Below are positions 13,686 through 26,941 of a stretch of DNA of 64,000 nt, in pieces; positions within the stretch are counted from its first letter, which is position 1, and each line of letters opens with the position of its first letter. The DNA comes from Octopus sinensis (Eukaryota): contig NC_043013.1 of the NCBI RefSeq assembly GCF_006345805.1, positions 40,176,001-40,240,000 on the forward strand, written 5' to 3'. Position numbers and translations under genes: made by a program. Below the pieces are notes generated by a model, which was given only the letters and a program-made list of their open reading frames with translations, was not told the origin of the DNA and made no database searches.

Positions 13686-13710
13686 TTTCCAGAAGGTTCC
13701 AGAAGGTTCC
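13686..13710. promoter_or_regulatory. Perfect five-pentamer heat-shock element (sequence match)
   Basis: tTTCc-aGAAg-gTTCc-aGAAg-gTTCc. Confidence 0.5.
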
Positions 13711-13714
13711 AACC

Positions 13715-13854
13715 CCGCACACGCACACTGAAGAAGGACGTACCGCACACGCACACTGAAGAAGGACGTCCCGCACACGCACACTGAAGAAGGACGTTCC
13801 GCACACGCACACTGAAGAATGACGTTGCGTGTGCGCACACTGGAATATGACGTC
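13715..13854 (+). repeat. 28-bp minisatellite, 4 copies plus 1 degenerate
   Basis: Unit CCGCACACGCACACTGAAGAAGGACGTN, period 28. Confidence 0.9.
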
Positions 13855-13929
13855 ACTACAGTGGGTTTTGTGGGGGGGGTTGGCGGGAGGAGTGCCCTAT
13901 TCAGTCATTTCACACCACACGTCCCACAA

Positions 13930-14437
<508 letters not shown>

Positions 14438-14699
14438 TGGGAAATATATGAAAAAAAAACGGGAGAATTTCGTTGGCCAGGAAACCATAATCAGTGGCTA
14501 TCGTTACTAAGCAACGAAACTGACATCTTATCCGCTCTGATCTCGGATGTTTCCTTTAAATGAAAAAAAAATCATAAATAAATGCTGATCCCTTGAATGT
14601 TTACTTAAGCCCGCCATTTCAAAGTCAATATGTCACATGACAACGGAGAAACAACGTTATACGTTTGTTTAAATTTATAACCAACAAAGCAGCAAACGA

Positions 14700-14915
14700 C
14701 ATCACCATTCGTATTGTCGTCGTCGTCGTCGTTATCTGACTTCGACTTCATTGGTGGCGACTTCATCATCACCATCACCATCACCATCATCTTCGTCGTC
14801 GTCGTCATTATCGTCATCATCGTAATTACCCTCACCATCACCATCATCATCACCATCATTATTATTATCATCATCGTAGTCGTCGTTGCCATCGTCATCG
14901 TCATTATCATTGCAG
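14700..14915. repeat. Compound trinucleotide repeat (GTC/ATC/ACC/ATT)
   Basis: Direct reading. Confidence 0.85.
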
Positions 14916-15995
14916 CGACGTCAGCAGTAACGGTCACATCACAACCACCCCCAACAACAGAAACGAGCAAAGAAACGAGATTTGACATCGTCATTGTCGG
15001 TGCTAGAAATAGCTGCCAGATGTGATGCTTCTACAGCATCACATGACTACAACGCAATGAGAAATATATCGGCCAAACGGGATCAAAATTAATACATCGG
15101 GTTAGAGTATATAAACAACGAATCATAGAATCATTTCGTGGAAATGTTCCATGTAGTGAATATATAAACACTTGTGCCAATGAAAAATTAAAAGTTTCAC
15201 AGAAATAAAAAAAAAATGGAAGAATATGATCAACAATGAAAGGTAGATGAAAAATACTTCATAAAGAATTCTAAATCCGCAACTGAACTGGAACTAGTCA
15301 ACACTGCTACAAAAAACATCTTGTATACAAATTACTCGATAACACGCGTATTTGAAAAGCTGTAGAAAAAGAAAGCGCTTACAAAATATGAAAAAGGTCT
15401 GTGTTATTCAGTTTATTGAAGATTTTTTTATATGTATAATTACAGTCTTAGATACACAACCGGAAGAAGAACGTACGGGATGTTCACGGCTGGAATATTC
15501 TATCTCGATCACAGATGATCAAGGATTAAGCACTTATAACAACAATAGCAAAATACAGTTATTAATTAAAAAACACAGCAGCAGCGGCAGCAGCAACAAC
15601 AACAATAATTATTATTATTTCAATTTTTTGCCACAGGGGCAGCTTGGGGGAAGTGGGGATGAGTCGATTACATCGACACCAGTGTTCAACTGGTACTTAT
15701 TTTATCGATCCCGAAAGGATGAAAGGCAAAGTCGACTTCGGCGGAATTTGAACTCAGAACGTAGCGGCAGACGAAATACAGCTAAGCATTTCGCCCAGCG
15801 TGCTAACGATTCTGCCAGCTCGCCGCCTTACATAATCATAATAATAATTTATTTCTTTATTGCCCACAGGGGGCTAAACATAGAGGGGACAAACAAGGAC
15901 AGACAAGGGGATTAAGTCGATTACATCGACCCCAGTGATTAATTAGTATTTATTTAATCGACCCTGAAAGGATGAAAGGCAAAGTCGAACTAATA

Positions 15996-16047
<52 letters not shown>

Positions 16048-16191
16048 TTTAAAAGGATTGACGTAACTCTTCACAAAGGTAAACAGTCAAGACGAAAAGT
16101 GCGATTCGATTTTGACAAAGACAGGCGTACTGTTGAAATATCGTTCAACTAATAAAATATCTTACAATCGAATCGAACTTTTCGTCTTGAC

Positions 16192-16265
<74 letters not shown>

Positions 16266-16450
16266 CTGATGATGATAACGACAACAGGGCTTATAATTTC
16301 AGTGGGTAGGGATTAGTCGACTCCAGTACTTGACTGGTATTTTATTTTATCGACCCCGAAAGGGTGAAAGGTAATGTTGACCCCCGTAGAAGAGCCGGAG
16401 AAAATGGCGCTGAACATTATGTCAGAGGCGCCAACCATTCAATAACAACA

Positions 16451-16481
<31 letters not shown>

Positions 16482-16619
16482 TGATGATGATGATGATGAT
16501 GATTCTTTCACAAGGTCTGAAATTCATGGAGAGGTGGTGCTAAACGATCACTTCGACCCTACTTATTTATCGACTCGAAAGGCTAAACGACAAAATTGGC
16601 CCAAGTACCAGTTTCATTT

Positions 16620-17390
16620 CTTGTACACACCTTTCATCAAATTTGTTAGAGAACTGCACCTTGCTCTCCTTCTGATTCTAGTGGAAACTGAACAGCGCGA
16701 TGAGAGCTTGGTCGGAGACACAGATTCCTGTCCTCAACCCCTTTTAGGTCAAAGGAAAACTACTAGCTTCTCCTTGCCAGAGGAAGATAGTGTACGATCT
16801 TTACAAGGGACTCAGAAAACACCTAGTTTCGTCTTATACATAATATTCTACATAGTCTTACATGTCAGCAATGATCTGTTACTAAACGAGTGTGTACGAA
16901 ACGATTTCATTGCTCTGTATGCATCTCGGACAGGCTGAACTAATGGCAGTTCCGTGTCTGTAGAGTTTATTCCTATCCTACCATGGATTTCTAGAAGTTT
17001 GACTATCATCCCTGAACTCAAATTCCGTTTTCATCGACGCTCTGACTCTCCACAAGAACGTCCTCGCTCTGGAGTTTCCCCCAACAGCATTGCCAGATTG
17101 CTAGAGATCTGTAAACGATTGACATTCCAAACGGTAAATGCCCACACTTGGTCTACGTTTACCTCAGTCAAAACGCTGAGCTCTGAAAGAGTATGGTTCA
17201 CCAACGGTGGTTACACCTACTGCTCACCGTCGAGCAACCTCTTTAGATGTCTCGCTTTCGGAGCATGGCAGCACGTCGTAAGTTACTGCATACCGAGCTG
17301 TTTCTGTGCAGAAGGTGTTGCCAGGGAATAAACATTGTAACAAGAGGAATCCGACTTGTCCATAAGAAGCGAAAGAAACGAGGTTGCAAC
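16620..17390 (-). mobile_element. RTE-like LINE 5' region / AP-endonuclease N-terminus remnant
   Basis: Minus strand TVWNVNRL (WNV at 17121-17129)...GESERR-stop, resembling GTWNVRTL...GISEVRW. Confidence 0.5.
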
Positions 17391-17445
17391 CTAGTCAGTT
17401 GTGGTCTAAGACAAGACACAACAGTGAGAGTAAAACAGGAACGAT

Positions 17446-17762
17446 GAGGAGAAGAAGAAGAAGAAGAGAAGAAGAAGAAGAGAAGAAGAAGAAGAAGAAG
17501 AAGAAGAAGAAGAAAAGAAAAAGAAGAAGAAGAAGAAGAAGAAGAAGAAGAAGAAGAAGGAAGAAGAAGAAGAAGGAAAAGAAGAAAAAGAAGAAGAAGA
17601 AGAAGAAGAGAAGAAAAAGAGAAGAAGAAGAAGAAGAAGAAAAAGAAGAAGAAAAAGAAGAAGAAGAAGAAGAAGAAGAAAAAGAAGAAGAAGAAGAAGA
17701 AGAAGAAGAGAAGAAGAAGAAGAAGAAGAAGAAGAAGAAGAAGAAGAAGAAGAAGAAGAAGA
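17446..17762. repeat. (GAA)n-based pure purine tract, 317 nt
   Basis: No pyrimidine on the plus strand across the interval. Confidence 0.95.
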
Positions 17763-18396
17763 CTGTCAAGGAAAGCAGCAATGAGGAGGGAGTAGAAGGA
17801 AAAATAAGAATCAAAAGCATAAAAAAAAATCAGAAATGGAACCAGAGGGAGAATTAATAATAAAATAATTTAATCCAACTAATATAATTATTAATTTATT
17901 TTTTTTTTAAATTGTATTAATATTTGGTATTAATTGGGATTTTTTTTCTGGCTGTGAACAAATTGTTTTCGCGGAAATCAAGAAACTAGGGTTTCTAATT
18001 GAAAAATTTAATCCAAAACTGTGAAAATGTTGGGAGAAATTATGAGGTTTTCTTTAAAAAAAATCGTTATTGAAAAGAATCTGTTGAACATTTGTTTATT
18101 ATGCAGATTTTTTTCCGAATGATTATGCAAAATGTTGTAATTTATTTTTCACCAGAAATTATATTGAAAAAAAATGCAAGACGGAGAGAGAGGGGAGATA
18201 ATTGATAGAAACTAACTTGTTATTCGCATACTTTCTATAACTTTTTTGTATCAATTAAAGAAAACATAATTTTAAATGCTAAAAAAATTTGATTAAAATT
18301 CATTTGTTTCTTAGCAGATAAGGAAACAAGAGTGAAAGAACCATCGAGAAAGATTGAAATATTTCAATACCGATGGTACAAATAGTGCGAACCACT

Positions 18397-18848
18397 TGTA
18401 GCGGCAGATGTATCTGCACGTAGGGGTTATCAGTGTAGCGAGTTATGTAATGCTTATTGATGTGAAGACGTAACGACTCCAATTGTAGCAAGGATAGGTA
18501 ACATTACGACAGCTGTTGAAATGATGGACAACGTTGTAACGCGTACATATGGCAAAGAATAACATCGATAGCCGCTACATTTGTAGCGTGTAGCTTTAAC
18601 GCTTAAGTTCTTGCGGCGGAATAACTCGTGAAGAACATGGAAGAATAACATCAAAAAGAGGAAGGAGTATTATTTACACATCCTACAAGAACAGAATGGA
18701 GTAAGTGGTGCAAGAACACACACGGAAACGAAAAGTGTCGCTGAAGAGGTCACAGATGTGTGACGAAAGACTTCTGAACAAGAAACTTATCTAGCCTTTG
18801 ACAGATCTTGCTCTTAGTCCTGTTGGGTGTCTAGGCACCCTCCTCACA
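18397..18848. mobile_element. Solo LTR-like element related to 37656-38314
   Basis: Starts TGTAGCGGCAGATGT (cf. TGTAGCGGGCTAGATGT), shares TGTAGCGTGTAG and GAAGAAT..ACA..AA..AGGAAG blocks, ends TCCTCACA (cf. TCCTTACA). No TSD found. Confidence 0.5.
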
Positions 18849-19349
18849 ACGTAGTAAGCTATTCAAGTGTAAGCTATTCAAGTGGGGAAGCCGGTTTAAT
18901 GGTCCACAACTCGACCATGAAACAAGTAGTACCGGCTTATATGGTACCAGTAGCAGGTTTCATCGAAACAAAACAAAATGGCTAGTTGTACATTTTTTGA
19001 TTTATCATTTGTTGTTGATGTCCGTCGACGTTGTTTAACAACCAATCTCAACCAGTCGAGATTCACAGTGCGGGTTGTACTATTCACCCTTTCGATCGCT
19101 AAACTCGAAACGCAGCTTGTGAGACCTCCGTCCAAGGGATTTTTCTCAGTCATCATCTCACCTTTGAACCCCAATCCGTTGCAACGTTTCTCATCTACAC
19201 TTGAGCAGACTGGATCAATGTGAAACGAGGTGCTTTGCTCAAAAGCACAACACGTAGTCGGCCTGCGAATTGAAACCACGATATCGCGATCGGGAGTACA
19301 ACCCCTCTAAACACTAGGCCACGTGCCTTCACTTATTCCTTGGTTTCAA

Positions 19350-19970
19350 TTTTTGGCACAAGGCCAGAAATTCCGAGGCGGTGTGGTGGGGAGGGATTCA
19401 ATCCCGAAAGGATAAAAGGTATAGCCGACCTCCGCAGAATTTGAGTTCGGAACGTAAAGACGGCCGATGTGTCGCTAAGCATTTTGCCCGATGCGTTAAT
19501 GAGTCTGCCAGCTCGATGCCTTTCCTTCACTTATTTATTATTAAATATTGATCTCAAATTTTGGCACAAGGCCAGCAAGTACGAGAGAGGGGATAAGTCG
19601 ATTACATCGACCCAAGTACTCAACTGGTACTCATTTTATCGACCTCGAAATGATAAAAGGCAAAGTGGACTTCGGCGGAATTTGAATTCGGAACGCAAAG
19701 ACGGACGAAATTGCCACTAAACATTTTACCCTGCATGCAAACGATTCTTATTTCTTTATTGCCCACAGGGGCTAAACATAGAAGGGTCAAACAAGGACAG
19801 ACAAAGGGATTAAGTCGATTACATCGATCCCAGTGCGTAACTGGTACTTAATTTATCGACCCCGAAAGGATGAAACGCAAAGTCGACCTCAGAACGTAAC
19901 GGCAGACGAAATTCCTAAGCATTTCGCCCGGCGTACTAACGTTTCTGCTAGCTCGCGGCCTTTCTGTCAC
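19350..19970 (-). mobile_element. Three tandem Nin-domain SINEs
   Basis: Repeated core (minus) GTTCAAATTCCGCCGAGGTCGACTTTGCCTTTCATCC. Further copies near 15625-15830, 15850-15990, 16310-16435 (-), and 20765-20908, 21262-21394, 21945-22265, 27199-27340, 32128-32340, 42820-43008, 54421-54632, 61808-62162 (+). Confidence 0.75.
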
Positions 19971-20143
19971 TGATTTATTATTAACATTATAATTAAATGG
20001 TAAAATAATATTTTGCATACTAAAAATGACGTATTATTTAATGCATCAGCATTTAAATTAGCTTTTTGATTCGAGAATAAGTTTTTACAGGCAAAAAACT
20101 TAATTTTCTATAATCATTATTTTTCGAACCGATTGTTATAACT

Positions 20144-20258
20144 GCCCCGGTGGCACAATCGGTTAGCGCGCCGTACTTATAGACAGTACTTTTCTTGTGT
20201 TTCAAACCATAAGACGATAGTTATGCGGAGGTTGTGAGTTCGAACCTCACCCGGGGCA
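20144..20258 (+). tRNA. tRNA-Ile(TAT) with a 41-nt intron (20182-20222)
   Basis: Perfect 7-bp acceptor stem GCCCCGG/CCGGGGC, anticodon stem CCGTA/TGCGG, anticodon TAT at 20178-20180, intron after position 37, T-arm GTGAG-TTCGAAC-CTCAC, discriminator A. One D-stem mismatch (A12.C23). Confidence 0.92.
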
Positions 20259-20263
20259 CTATC

Positions 20264-20270
20264 TTTTTTT
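20264..20270 (+). terminator. RNA Pol III terminator (T7) of the tRNA-Ile gene
   Basis: Run of 7 T starting 6 nt after the discriminator base. Confidence 0.8.
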
Positions 20271-20920
20271 GTGCAGGCGTTGATGTTTAGTTACAGAGCT
20301 TGCTTCCCAACTATATAGTCTTGGTTTCGGTCCCACCGTTCGGCACTTTGGACAAATGTCTTCTACTATAGTCCCAGCCGATCAAAGCCTTGTAAGCGGG
20401 CTTGATAGACAGAAACGGAAAGAAGCCCGTTGTCTATTTGTGTGTATGTGTGTCTTTATGTTTGTCCCCCACTACCGCTTGAAAACCGGTGTTGGTTAGT
20501 TTACACCCCCGTAACTTAAAGGTTCGATACAAGAGACCGATAGAATAAGTACTGGGATTGATTTGTTCGACCAAACCACTTTGATTGACTGAATATTTTC
20601 ATGGATCCCTTGAGCAAATAATCAATGAAATTAAACCAAATTAAAACAGACCAAATTTAATTAAACATCAAATAATTTAACCCAACAGTAAAACTAAACT
20701 AAGTAAATACAAGTACACAACTGATAAACCCTAACGTCTAATACTGTTGTAATATAGGACAGAGTTGAGTTCAAATTCCGCCGAGGTCGACTTTGCCTTT
20801 CATCCTTTTGGGGTCGATAAATTAAGTACCAGTTGCGTACTGGGGTCGATCTAAGCAACTGGCCCCCTCCCCAAAAATTTTTGGCCTTGTGCCTAGAGTA
20901 GAAAAGAATATATTACAGAG

Positions 20921-21240
20921 TGAAGGCGCGTGGCTTAGTGGTTAGGGTATTCGGTTCAAAGTTGTAAGGTCGTGAGTTCGATGCCTAGCGTTGCATTATG
21001 TCCTTGAACAAGACACTTTATTTCACGTTGCTGCAATTCACTCATCTGGCAAAAATGAGTAGTACCTGTAGTTCAAAGGGGCAGCTTTGTCACACTCTGT
21101 GTCATGCTGAATTTCCCTGAGAACTACGTTAAGGGTACGCATGCCTGTGGAATACTCGGTCACTTGCACGTTAATTTCACGAACAGGCTGTTCTGTTGAT
21201 CGGATCAACTGGAACTCTCGTCGTCGTAACCGACGGAGTA
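20921..21240 (+). mobile_element. tRNA-derived SINE sharing its 3' half with the 10915 family
   Basis: Head GGCGCGTGGCTTAGTGG; shared tail GAGAACTACGTTAAGGGTAC...GTCGTAACCGACGGAGT. Confidence 0.8.
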
Positions 21241-22620
21241 CAGTTAATATATGACAGATGATTCCACCGAGGTCGGCTTTGCTTTTCATCCTTTCGGGGT
21301 CTATAAATTAAGTACCAGCTGCGTGCTGGGGTCGATCTAATCGACTGGTCCCCTCCCCCAAAATTTCGGGCCTTGTGCCTAGAGTAGAAAAGAATATATG
21401 ACAGATGATTTTTCTGTGGACCACAAGAAATTCAGTCATGGACTCCCAAATGTCCAATGGTCATTAGTTGAGAACCACTATGTTAGAAATTATTCAACCA
21501 CATCAGTTCCTCCTGTTGGAGTAAAGGCCGGCAAAGTGATTGATATTGATCCCTCAAAGTCGATGTAGCTATTTAAGGAATCGATAGACATTAAATATTC
21601 TGAATATATCAATATAAAATGATTAAATTTATATTGTTCTTTATTAATTTCGTTAAGTATTTTCATAAAATTTCTTTGAATATTTCTCCTTAAAAAGCGG
21701 TAATGACACAAAAGAATGAGAAATATTTTTATAAATTGTATTTTAATTTAGAAATTTATGGTGGGAGCTGATTATAATTAACACCATGAGTGAGTCGATA
21801 ATAAGTTTATCGATCCCTGAGTTAGACGTTCATCACTCAAGCATTAATTACTTAAAAAAGGGGATACAAACATTATATAGTGAGGAAAAAAATGTTAATT
21901 AACTGTGATTATGGTAATTGTGATAGGTGGCGAATTGGCAGAAACGCTAGAACATTCGGACGAATACCAAGTGGTATTTATTGCAGTTTCTTGTGTGCTT
22001 GTTTCAAATCCTGTCAAAGTTATCCTTCCGGGGTCGATTAATAAGTTATCGCGGTGTTTGTTTCCGGTTTCTTGCTTTCTGAGTTTAAATCCTGTCGAGG
22101 TCAATTTTGCCTTTCTCTCCTTCCAGGGTCGATAAATAAAGTATCAGTCTTAAGTAGTGAACTGGCAGAGTCTTTTCAGTGTCGAAAGGAATGCTTTGCC
22201 ATCTATGTCCTGTCTTTTTGTGTCCTAAGTTCAAATTTAGATGGTAGACTTAATTCATCTTCCGAATTAACACCACCGCCTGGTCCTCGCCTACCTTTAG
22301 CAGAACGTAATCTGTTCGAGTTTCGTCTCTGGTTTAAGGATATCGTCCTCTCTCCGCCACTTCGCCTGTCATACAGGCCCAGTAAAACATCATGGGCACT
22401 GCTCTTACATCGTGACTAAACGATAAAGCAACATCAGTCATGAGGGGAGGTGGATCAATGATTTAATTTACAAATTCTGTTCAAGAATGGTAAGGGGAAA
22501 CAATCCCGGATTTTAAAATAATCGATATTAATCAAAAATAGATTGTATTAAGGGACTGAATGTGATTTTCGATAATACGGTAACAACTCTTGACATATTT
22601 CGGCCTTATTAGACCTAATG

Positions 22621-22923
22621 TTGTTTGTTCCTTCTCATGCCATGCCTGGTTCATAAGGGCTGGCTTCCCGGTTTCATTGGCGTATAGGTTCCCCACCTGG
22701 ACGGGACGCCGGTCCGTCGCAGGTGAGCTGCTAGATGCAGGAGGAAAGAGTGAAAGAAAGTTGTAGCGAAATATTCAGCAGAAATTCGCCATTACCTTCT
22801 GCCGGAGCCGCGTGGAACTTAGGTGTTTCGCTCATAAACACACACGTCACCCACTCTGAGATTCGAACCCACGATCCGTGACCGCGAGCCCGCTGCTCTA
22901 ACTACTAGGCCATGTGCCTCCAC
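22621..22923 (-). mobile_element. tRNA-derived SINE, OR-like head with a different tail
   Basis: 13-bp TSD ATTAGACCTAATG (22608-22620, 22924-22936). Confidence 0.85.
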
Positions 22924-24619
22924 ATTAGACCTAATGGGACATGGATAATTATCACTACAAGAACTTAGCATGACAGGAAAAATGCAGAGCATCATTTCCG
23001 TGGTAAATTGGTGTTAAACTAAAAATCAAACAGAAATTAAATGTGTCCGAAGATCCAGATTCTACAATGAGGGACACCAAACTCGTTAAATTCCATTTAT
23101 TTTAGTGTCCTAACATTTGATTTTTTTTTTCTTACTTGCTTTACGTTCCATGCTATAGAAGATTCTATTGAATCGAGTGAACTCTCCTCTTTTATTTATT
23201 CTTATTCTTTTCAAGTTTTCAATGCACCAAATGCCAGAATCATAGATGGAAAATGGCAACAAACTGTGACATAATCAGCAACTCTCCTCCCCAAAATTTC
23301 AGACTTTGTTTATGTGTTAAAAGTTATTTTTATTTATATTTTGGGTCTGTTTTTTGGGGGGTTTTTTGCGGAGAGGATGGTTTATTTATAACTATGTCGC
23401 AGGGTTCGGTTATAATAGCACGACTTGCTAGAATTAGATGCTAAATCTTTTCTAGATCAACTTCATCTACTGTGTTGAGAGAGAGAGAGGCGGGGGGAGA
23501 TTAAAAAATGAATCCTTAAATGAGGCATACAAGCCAGATCTGTAGTATTTAGTTTCACAGCCTGACTTCAAATTCCGCCGAGATTAACTTTGCTTTCATT
23601 CATCGGGGTTCAATAAAATGAAATACTGGTCAAATACTGGAGTTGATTTAATATTCTTCCGCAGCATCCTACATTTGAATAGAATGATAAAAGAAGATGA
23701 AAGACTGAAGTGGTCGAACGTGGATATATCGACAGATTAAGCCCAAAGCAGCAGCCAACATTGTTGGCATTAGAGAAATACGGTTTCATGAGTAGCAAGA
23801 TCTACGAACGGAAATTAAAGTCTGAAGGTGACGGAAATTATAATACATAATTACAGAGTGAATTGCATGAAAAATTTTGTAAATACCATCTTTAAAGATT
23901 TTCAGTGAAATTCTTTATTTTACGGTATCTCAATTCGTATACATGTCTGTAATATTAATCTGTTTGTCACATCATGTGTTCGAGTGTTACGCATTTAAAC
24001 AACTTCAGTTATGGAAAGAAATCGAAGACACAACCGAAATCTTTAACATGATGAAATAAGTTTGAGTGTGGTACGTTCAACAATCTTTAACTATGGGACA
24101 ATATCAAAGACATAATCGGAAATTTTAGCATAAGCAAAACAGCTTGCATGTTGTTCCTCATAGAAGTATAACTATGAGACGTAACTGGGGACATAATCGA
24201 AATTTTTAACATGAAACCAAGCTATGTAGATCTTGAAAACATTTATAGAACGTGGAATTTTCAAGGGTCCCGCAACTTCAGGGTTACCAGTTAGGATAAT
24301 AATGTGGTCTTGTGATACCTCTGTTTACATTGAACTGTATTAATGTTACATTTTCAAACGAACAAATGTTTCAAGTCTATTTTATATTTTTGCAATTAAA
24401 AGAATATATTTCTTTATACACTTCTAAACTTTGAAGAAACCATTTCGTAAATTTTAATTGTATCAAACAATATATGTTTTGCGCTAAATACTGGCTAACA
24501 CATTTATCATGGTGAGTCAAAAGACAATTTAATTAATGACCATGCTTATTAAAAACTGCAAGGGAGACAAAACCCAAATTTACATTTATTAAAATTTTAG
24601 CCACCTTCACCTATGTGTG

Positions 24620-25130
<511 letters not shown>

Positions 25131-25936
25131 ACCGATTAAACGAACTAATGAAAGAATGACTGCACGAACGAATGAATATTCTATCCTCATGGGTGAAAGT
25201 CAAGGGCCTCAGACGCCGGCAAACCATTCATTTTCATGCTCTCTTCGTGATGAATACAGTCGGGAAGCCATCAGTTCTCTTCCCACCCGATTTACTATCA
25301 CTTTTATCGTTTCGCAGGCACTCACAGGCAGTATCGCTAAAGCACCCTTGGAAGTTTCCCAGGAATCCCTCGGTCCCCAATCTTAATCTAGCTATGATGT
25401 CGTTGTGATAAGCAGGGGCCTAATGCATTACTTTACATGGGGCCTAGAATGATGTCCTAGAAAGCCCTATTCACAGTGATTGCGTATATTCAACGTTGTC
25501 CTTCTGTATGTCCGGCTGTTTTCCGAGGTTACTGAAACCACAATGCCAGCTCTGTTCTACTTTCGGTTTAGCTATGGACACAGTTGTACCTTCTCCTAGA
25601 GAAATACTTCAACAAAAGCTAAGGGGTAGCTCTTTCCAAATGGTCCTAACGCATGCCTGACACAAACCCCAAAATTGTAAATTGCCACTAAGCATTCGTT
25701 AGGTTCATCTGTCCTTTTAACAGGTCTTGTTTCTGCTCTGTTGGATTTCCACCAGGGAAATCTAATCGGAGCCGGACTAAATGTTACTAATAGCACTTGT
25801 AGAGAAATATTTATAGCCTAGAATTATTTGCATAGTTAAAACGAAAATCCACTAAGAGAAATAACTCAGAGTGGACTTGAAAGAATATTTCTCAGTTATT
25901 CTCTCCCCTACACGAAGTGACTGAGCTACCCCCATA

Positions 25937-26155
25937 TACGAGGTGGTGTTGAAAAGTTCCTGGCTTTGGGTAAAAGAAAATACAGAGGGGTCGGTTAATT
26001 ATGATTTTATTCAACATACTCTCAGATTCACACATTTATTGCAGCAGTCCTTCGGTTTTTCTAAGCCGTGTAAAAGAACTTGTAAATTTGGGCCTCCATC
26101 CAGGCCTTTTGCGACACCCTTAAAGTCAGGAACTTTCCACTGTGTCAGTGTGTAT

Positions 26156-26156
<1 letters not shown>
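25937..26156. mobile_element. mariner-type MITE
   Basis: TA-CGAGGTGGTGTTGAAAAGTTCCTGGC with degenerate opposite TIR GTCAGGAACTTTCCAC. A second partial copy lies at 27413-27550. Confidence 0.55.

Positions 26157-26941
<785 letters not shown>

Noticed and set aside
13715-13854. 28-bp repeat as a CRISPR array or tandem hammerheads (contains CTGAAGAAGG...CCG)
   Set aside because: No unique spacers or cas genes in a eukaryotic context; the required GAAA box is replaced by GCAC, so no catalytic core can form.
14605-15025. Met/Thr-rich and Ile-rich ORFs resembling membrane or low-complexity proteins
   Set aside because: Arise from the compound ATC/ACC/GTC repeat.
17384-17857. 157-aa poly-K/R/E ORF and antisense poly-F/S/L ORF
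   Set aside because: Product of the (GAA)n tract; no splice or homology support.
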